This document shows positions 34,812 to 39,539 of a DNA stretch of 39,539 bases, one piece after another (the stretch's first letter is position 1; every line of letters begins with the position of its first letter). The notes under the pieces are model-generated. The model had not been told where the DNA came from and searched no databases. It saw only the letters and a list, made by a program, of their open reading frames with translations. This DNA comes from Thermoplasmata archaeon (lineage in GTDB: Archaea; Thermoplasmatota; SW-10-69-26; JACQPN01; JAJPHT01), in contig JAXDQU010000002.1 of the NCBI GenBank assembly GCA_034667685.1, positions 1 through 39,539 of the forward strand. The letters run 5' to 3'. The position numbers and the translations under genes are program-made.

Positions 34812-35483
34812 TCAGACCCTCGGCATCCGTCCATAGACGCGGCGCGTCGGGTAGGCGGTCTCCTGGACGCGGCGCGCGTAGAGGGCGCCGGCCACGGCCG
34901 CCGCGATGGCGGAGGCCAGGACGCACGCGACGAGGAACAGGATTCCCGCGCTCGTCCCGAAGTAGCCCACCGTGCTGCCCCAGCCCGGGCGCCAGTAGAG
35001 GCCCACGGGCCAGTTGACGCGCGCGAGGTCGACGCCCGCCGCGTTCGCGCCGATGGCGTAGCCGATTGCCGTGAGGATGGCGAGCGCGAAGAGGCCGAAG
35101 AGCGTGCCCAGCGCGCCGCCGAGGGCGCCCTCGCCGGCGTTGCGCGTCCGCGTCCCGGCCCAGAACCCGCCCAGCGTCGCGAGCAGCGGCGCGCCCACGA
35201 GCGGAAGGAGCGCGACGAGGCCCGCGGCGCCCACGAGCGCGGCCTGCGCGGGATCGTTGAGGTTGACGCTCTTCAGCGCGAAGGCCGCGGAGTAGGCGAG
35301 GATCGCCACCGCGACGCCCAGCGCCACGAAGAGGCCGAAGACGCCCAGCCCGGCGCGCACCCAGTCGAGCCGGTCGCTCGCCTGCGTGGTGATATCACGA
35401 TCCGTGGCGAGCGTGCGCCCGCTCGCGGGGCCGCTCGTCCCCTGGAGGCGCATCGCGCGCTCCGCTTCCGTTTCCTCGAACAT
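34812..35483 (-). CDS. Membrane protein (about 4 TM)
   Basis: Hydrophobic helices from MFEETEAE (ATG 35483). Confidence 0.75.
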   Translation of the reverse strand: MFEETEAERAMRLQGTSGPASGRTLATDRDITTQASDRLDWVRAGLGVFGLFVALGVAVAILAYSAAFALKSVNLNDPAQAALVGAAGLVALLPLVGAPLLATLGGFWAGTRTRNAGEGALGGALGTLFGLFALAILTAIGYAIGANAAGVDLARVNWPVGLYWRPGWGSTVGYFGTSAGILFLVACVLASAIAAAVAGALYARRVQETAYPTRRVYGRMPRV

Positions 35484-35521
35484 GCGCGTCGGTCGGCGAG
35501 GCGCTGGAAGCGACTTGTGGC

Positions 35522-35998
35522 CTAGTGCTCCATGCCGCGCTTTGGCTTGACCTCGCGCAGGAGGCTCTCCTTCAGCTCGGCCATGACGCCGCCCAGCTCC
35601 TGCAGCTTCTCCTCGCCGAGCATCTTCTTCGCGTCGGGGAACATCTCCTTCTCCTCCTCGTCGATGTGGTGCTCGACGTTCTCCTGGAGGACCTTCATCT
35701 TGGCCTCGAAGTCCTCCGCGCCGAGCTCCACGCCCTGAAGCTCCTCGATGATGAGGTCGACCACGTGGTGCTCCTCCTTGCTCTCGGCGACCAGCTCCTT
35801 CCCCTCCTTGTCGGCGGCCTCCTTGAACGCCGGGTAGAACACCTGCTCCTCGATGGTCTCGTGCACCATCAGCTCGCGCACGATGCCTTCGGCGGTCTTG
35901 CGGCGCTGGTCGACGGGCCGCCCCTTGGTCGATTCGAACTCGGAGAAGAGCGCCTTGACCTTGCGGTGGTCCTGCTTGAGAAGATCGATCGCGTCCAT
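35522..35998 (-). CDS. Hemerythrin/HHE cation-binding domain protein
   Basis: LKQDH, HETIEEQVFYP, EEH and HHIDEEEKEMF motifs. Confidence 0.93.
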   Translation of the reverse strand: MDAIDLLKQDHRKVKALFSEFESTKGRPVDQRRKTAEGIVRELMVHETIEEQVFYPAFKEAADKEGKELVAESKEEHHVVDLIIEELQGVELGAEDFEAKMKVLQENVEHHIDEEEKEMFPDAKKMLGEEKLQELGGVMAELKESLLREVKPKRGMEH

Positions 35999-36049
35999 CG
36001 GACCCGCCTGCGTGGGCGGAAGGTTGCCGCTTGTGGCGCGTTCCCCGAT

Positions 36050-36457
36050 TCAGCGCGGGGTGGGGGCCAGCGCGAGGTGCGACTTGAGGTCGGCGAGCTT
36101 GCGCTCCCAGTCGGCGAAGACGCGCCGCTCCGTCGCGGGGCTCCAGTTCCCCGAGAGCGTCGCGGTCACGAGCGTCCCGCCCTTGGCCGGCTCGACCTGG
36201 ATCTGGCTCACGGTGTTGCGCTCGTCGACGACGGTCCACCCTTCGTCCTCGTGGAAGTGCGTGATCTGCGCGCGGAGCTCGCGGCCGCTGGCGGTGCGCA
36301 GCCCGAGCCACGCGCCCTGCAGCCGGTCCTGGCCGCCCAGCAGGTTCGCCTCGTCGATGCCCGGCGCGAAGAGCGGCACGTTGGCCGCGGAGCTGAGGAA
36401 ATCGAACACGACGGACGGGGGCGCGGGGACGGTGACGCGCATCTCGCGGGTGGCCAT
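36050..36457 (-). CDS. SRPBCC/START-like protein
   Basis: VPAPPSVVFDFLS..ANVPLFAPG N-terminus, beta-rich core (VEPAKGGTLVT) and C-terminal helix LADLKSHL. Confidence 0.8.
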   Translation of the reverse strand: MATREMRVTVPAPPSVVFDFLSSAANVPLFAPGIDEANLLGGQDRLQGAWLGLRTASGRELRAQITHFHEDEGWTVVDERNTVSQIQVEPAKGGTLVTATLSGNWSPATERRVFADWERKLADLKSHLALAPTPR

Positions 36458-36552
36458 GCTTCTGCCACGGGTCGCTCAGATGCTTGAAGGGCGCGACGCG
36501 TCCGTTCCGCGCAAACCCTTATGCTCGCGCAAGCGGCCGGCCGCTCGGAGGC

Positions 36553-36723
36553 TTGTCCATCCCACCGCGCAGGATCCCCGTCTTCGTGGGCGCGCAGGCG
36601 GAGTGCGCGCAGTGCGGCCGCGAGATCACGGACCCGTGGGCGCTGGAGGCGTTCGGCCGCTGGTGCTCCGCGCGCTGCTATCACGCGGCCGGGCTGCCGC
36701 CGTTGATGCGCCAGGCAGCCTAG
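36553..36723 (+). CDS. Small treble-clef/TRASH-like metal-binding protein
   Basis: CAQC-x16-CSARC; CTTATG box about 30 nt upstream of TTG 36553. Confidence 0.5.
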   Translation: MSIPPRRIPVFVGAQAECAQCGREITDPWALEAFGRWCSARCYHAAGLPPLMRQAA

Positions 36724-37021
36724 CCTTTCCGACGTACGCCTTCCGGAGCCGCCCGCCCTCGCGCCAGTACTTGTACGTGTACGGCCCGTGGAGCTGGCCG
36801 GCCCGGCAGCGGCAGTTCGTCTTGCCGCAGCGGATCCCCTCGGTGCGGAAGGTGTACGTGACGGGCTTGCCGCCGACCTCGGCCTGCAGGCTCGCCACGT
36901 GCCGCGCCTCGGCCTCCTCGGGCGTGACCAGGATGTCGTGGAGGAAGCGGGTCAGGTCCTCCTGGTCCTCGCGGGGGAGCGCGGCCAGCAGCGCCTTGAC
37001 GCGGTCGAGCGGCTTCTCCAT
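36626..37021 (-). CDS. DUF6788-like Zn-binding protein
   Basis: RCGKTNCRC..GQLHGPYTYKYWREGGRLRKAYVG motif. Confidence 0.8.
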   Translation of the reverse strand: MEKPLDRVKALLAALPREDQEDLTRFLHDILVTPEEAEARHVASLQAEVGGKPVTYTFRTEGIRCGKTNCRCRAGQLHGPYTYKYWREGGRLRKAYVGKARLPGASTAAARPRDSSARSTSGRTPPAPTGP

Positions 37022-37062
37022 CTTAGGTACGGGGTCGGCCAGGCCAAAGGCCGTACCTAAGA
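37021..37062. promoter_or_regulatory. Perfect 12-bp inverted repeat with 18-bp spacer, putative operator
   Basis: TCTTAGGTACGG ... CCGTACCTAAGA, touching the ATG of the DUF6788-like gene. Confidence 0.6.
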
Positions 37063-37134
37063 CTTGCGCTTCAACGGGCGAGTCCCCGGTCCGCCAACCT
37101 ATAAGAGAAAGACCCCGGAGAGCCAGGGGGCGCC

Positions 37135-38025
37135 ATGCCGGAGGCGCTCGTGAGCATCCAAGGTCTGGGCCGCCGCTACGGCGACCAGTGGGCCATCCGC
37201 GACCTGACCTTCGAGGTCCGCCGCGGCGAGATCTTCGGCCTGATCGGCCCGAACGGCGCGGGCAAGTCCACGACCATCAAGATCCTGGCCGGGCTGCTCG
37301 CCCCCACCGAGGGGCAGGCGATGGTCGGCGGGCTGCGCAGCGACGACCCGCGGCACAAGGCGCGCATCGGCTACCTGCCCGAGGAGAGCCCGCTCTACGA
37401 GGACATGACCGCGCTCGCCTACCTGCGCTTCTTCGCGCGCCTCTACGAGGTGCCCAAGGCCGAGGCGAACCGGCGCATCCACGCCGCGCTCGACGCGCTG
37501 GAATTGGACGCCGAGGCGCGCGAGAAGAAGAAGATCGGCGACATGAGCAAGGGCATGCGGCGCAAGGTCGCCATCGCGCGCTCGCTGGTCAACGACCCGG
37601 ACCTCGTCATCTACGACGAGCCGGCCAGCGGCCTCGACCCCGTCGCGTCGGCCTACATCCTCGACCTCGTGCGCGGCCTCGCCAAGCAGGGCAAGACCGT
37701 CGTCTTCAGCGCGCACAACCTGTTCCACATGGAGCGGATCTGCGACCGCGTGCTGATCCTGCGCCGCGGCGCCATCGTGGCCCAGGGCTCGATGAAGGAG
37801 ATCCGCGCCGCGACGCGCGGCACGCAGTTCGTGGCGACCGTCAGCGTCCCCATCCAGGGCGCCGCGCCCGGCGAGCACGGCTTCGAGACCACGCTGGAGA
37901 ACATCGAGGACGTCAAGGGCATCGAGGCGCGCGCGGTCGCGGCGGGCGGCCGGCTCGTGGACGTCCGCACGAAGGAGCTGACACTCGAAGAGATCTTCCT
38001 GCGCACCACCTCCGCGAAGGCCTGA
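37135..38025 (+). CDS. ABC transporter ATP-binding protein
   Basis: GPNGAGKST, MSKGM signature, YDEP and SAH; CTATAAG box near 37099. Confidence 0.96.
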   Translation: MPEALVSIQGLGRRYGDQWAIRDLTFEVRRGEIFGLIGPNGAGKSTTIKILAGLLAPTEGQAMVGGLRSDDPRHKARIGYLPEESPLYEDMTALAYLRFFARLYEVPKAEANRRIHAALDALELDAEAREKKKIGDMSKGMRRKVAIARSLVNDPDLVIYDEPASGLDPVASAYILDLVRGLAKQGKTVVFSAHNLFHMERICDRVLILRRGAIVAQGSMKEIRAATRGTQFVATVSVPIQGAAPGEHGFETTLENIEDVKGIEARAVAAGGRLVDVRTKELTLEEIFLRTTSAKA

Positions 38026-38029
38026 TCGC

Positions 38030-39539
38030 ATGGGCTCGCTGCGCCGCATCGCCAACATCGCCTTCGCCGAAGGGTTCCGCACCGGCGGCTCGTTCAGCAA
38101 GAAGTCGAGCCTCGCGCTCCTGGCGATCGGCGTGCTCACCGCGCTCCTGGTCCCCCAGCTTCTCCACAACGGCCTCGACTTCGACCGCGGGCTCTACCGC
38201 GTCGCGGTGGTCGAGGGCTCGCCGCTCCTGCCCGCGGTCGAGGGCTCGCGCCTCTTCCGCGTCGTGCAGGCCGATCCCGGGACGGCCGTGGAAAGCGGCG
38301 CCGCCGACCTCGCGATCCTCGACGGGCGCATCGACGCGATGGAGGGGGCGAAAGGCGAGGCCGCGATGGCCGCGCTCCGGCAGGCCGCGAAGGACTACAC
38401 CTTCACCCAGCTCGCGCAGGAGCAGGACCAGGGCGCCGCGTTCCCCGTGCGCGTCGAGCTGACCTACGCCCAGCAGGCGCGCGCCGGCAACGCGGCCGCG
38501 CTCCCCTCGCTCCCCGCCCAGCAGGCCCCCACGCCGAGCGAGCCCAGCCCCTCCCCGTCCGGCTCGGGCACCGTGACCGGCTCGGGTGGCACGGCGAGCG
38601 CGGCGCCGCCCGGCGGCAGCACGGGAGGCTTCGACTTCCTGCCCCAGGAGCGCAGCGTCAACACGCCCGAAACGCTATCACCGCCGTTCCCGTTCCGCTC
38701 GCTGCTCCTGGCGTACGCGTTCCTGATCCCGATGAACTTCGTCGTGCAGGTCTACGCCGGCAGCGCGATCGGCGAGCGCCTCGGAAGGAAGGGCGAGGCG
38801 CTGCTCGCGAGCCCCGCGCGCCCCTGGGAGATCATCGTGGGCAAGGCGCTGCCCTACTTCGCGCTCATGATGGCCGTGTGCGCGGGCATCGTCCTCGTGA
38901 TCCACGGCGGCTGGCTCTCGCTGGTCGCGGTGATGCCGCTCGCCTACGCCTTCCTCGCGCTGGAGTTCGTCGCCGCGATGTTCGCGCGCAGCTTCCGCGA
39001 GCTGACGTTCCTCACCGTCTTCACGAGCGTCATGCTAACGATCTACGCGTTCCTGCCCGCGGTGTTCACCGAGGTCCACCCGATCGCGCTGATCTCGCCC
39101 ATCTCGCTCGTGGTCATGGACCTGCACCACGATCCCGTGACGTGGGGGCAGATCCTCTACGCGACGGTGCCGCTGACGCTCTTCAGCACGATCCTCTTCG
39201 TGCTCGGCGCCGCGCTCTACACCGAGGAGGACCTCTTCCACCAGAAGCCCGTCATGGCGAAGGCCGTGGACATGCTCGCGCGCCAGGTGCGCAGCCTGGG
39301 CAGCGCGATCAAGGTCCAGCTCATGCTCATCGCGTGCGTGCTCGTCGTCGAGCTGCTGCTCATGACGTTCCTCTTCGCGTGGCCCGTCCCGGTGGGCACG
39401 CTGGGCATCCTGCTCGCCGTCGCGCTCTGCGAGGAGACGTTCAAGGGCCTGCCGAGCTACGCGGCGCAGACGCGCGGCGCGATCCCGACCCGGCGCGCGG
39501 TGCTCTTCGGCGCGCTCGCGGGCCTCGGCTTCTTCCTCG
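38030..39539 (+). CDS. ABC-2 type permease fused to PrsW-like intramembrane protease domain (partial, runs off window)
   Basis: Open frame from MGSLRRIA; PFPFRSLL...ERLGRKGEALLASP permease loop; EETFK and GLGFF PrsW-like motifs near the end. Confidence 0.8.
   Translation, partial: MGSLRRIANIAFAEGFRTGGSFSKKSSLALLAIGVLTALLVPQLLHNGLDFDRGLYRVAVVEGSPLLPAVEGSRLFRVVQADPGTAVESGAADLAILDGRIDAMEGAKGEAAMAALRQAAKDYTFTQLAQEQDQGAAFPVRVELTYAQQARAGNAAALPSLPAQQAPTPSEPSPSPSGSGTVTGSGGTASAAPPGGSTGGFDFLPQERSVNTPETLSPPFPFRSLLLAYAFLIPMNFVVQVYAGSAIGERLGRKGEALLASPARPWEIIVGKALPYFALMMAVCAGIVLVIHGGWLSLVAVMPLAYAFLALEFVAAMFARSFRELTFLTVFTSVMLTIYAFLPAVFTEVHPIALISPISLVVMDLHHDPVTWGQILYATVPLTLFSTILFVLGAALYTEEDLFHQKPVMAKAVDMLARQVRSLGSAIKVQLMLIACVLVVELLLMTFLFAWPVPVGTLGILLAVALCEETFKGLPSYAAQTRGAIPTRRAVLFGALAGLGFFL

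Noticed and set aside
34812-36311. 499-aa ORF as one protein
   Set aside because: The N-terminal part is an off-frame read of the SRPBCC and hemerythrin genes; only 34812..35483 looks real.

Overview
A very GC-rich archaeal chromosome segment (roughly 70% GC by eye). The PolD DP1/DP2 genes, CDC48/VAT, deoxyhypusine synthase, GGTG/GGAGG ribosome-binding sites and TATA-like boxes support an archaeon. The non-acidic proteome suggests a non-halophile, possibly Thermoplasmatota (inference). Core genes (dys, enoyl-CoA hydratase, 5-formyl-THF cyclo-ligase, DinG/XPD-like helicase, PAS histidine kinase, DP2, DP1, CDC48, ABC transporter) are interspersed with four toxin-antitoxin-type modules, several lipoproteins, two Asp-box proteins and six small secreted Cys-rich proteins. 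The most unusual signals are: (1) a 506-aa LAGLIDADG intein in the DP2 catalytic motif that ends in Gln-Ile-Arg rather than Asn/Gln, flanked by AT-rich recoded extein codons; (2) a dispersed, strongly over-represented motif, YGMTATCA/TGATAKCR, 19 copies counted by hand, often written with rare codons; (3) a CRISPR-less Cas4-like nuclease with two transmembrane helices inserted into it; (4) a dispersed set of small secreted even-Cys proteins; (5) a candidate four-way-junction RNA at 122-220. No CRISPR array, tRNA or rRNA was seen. All family calls come from motif recognition, not database searches.
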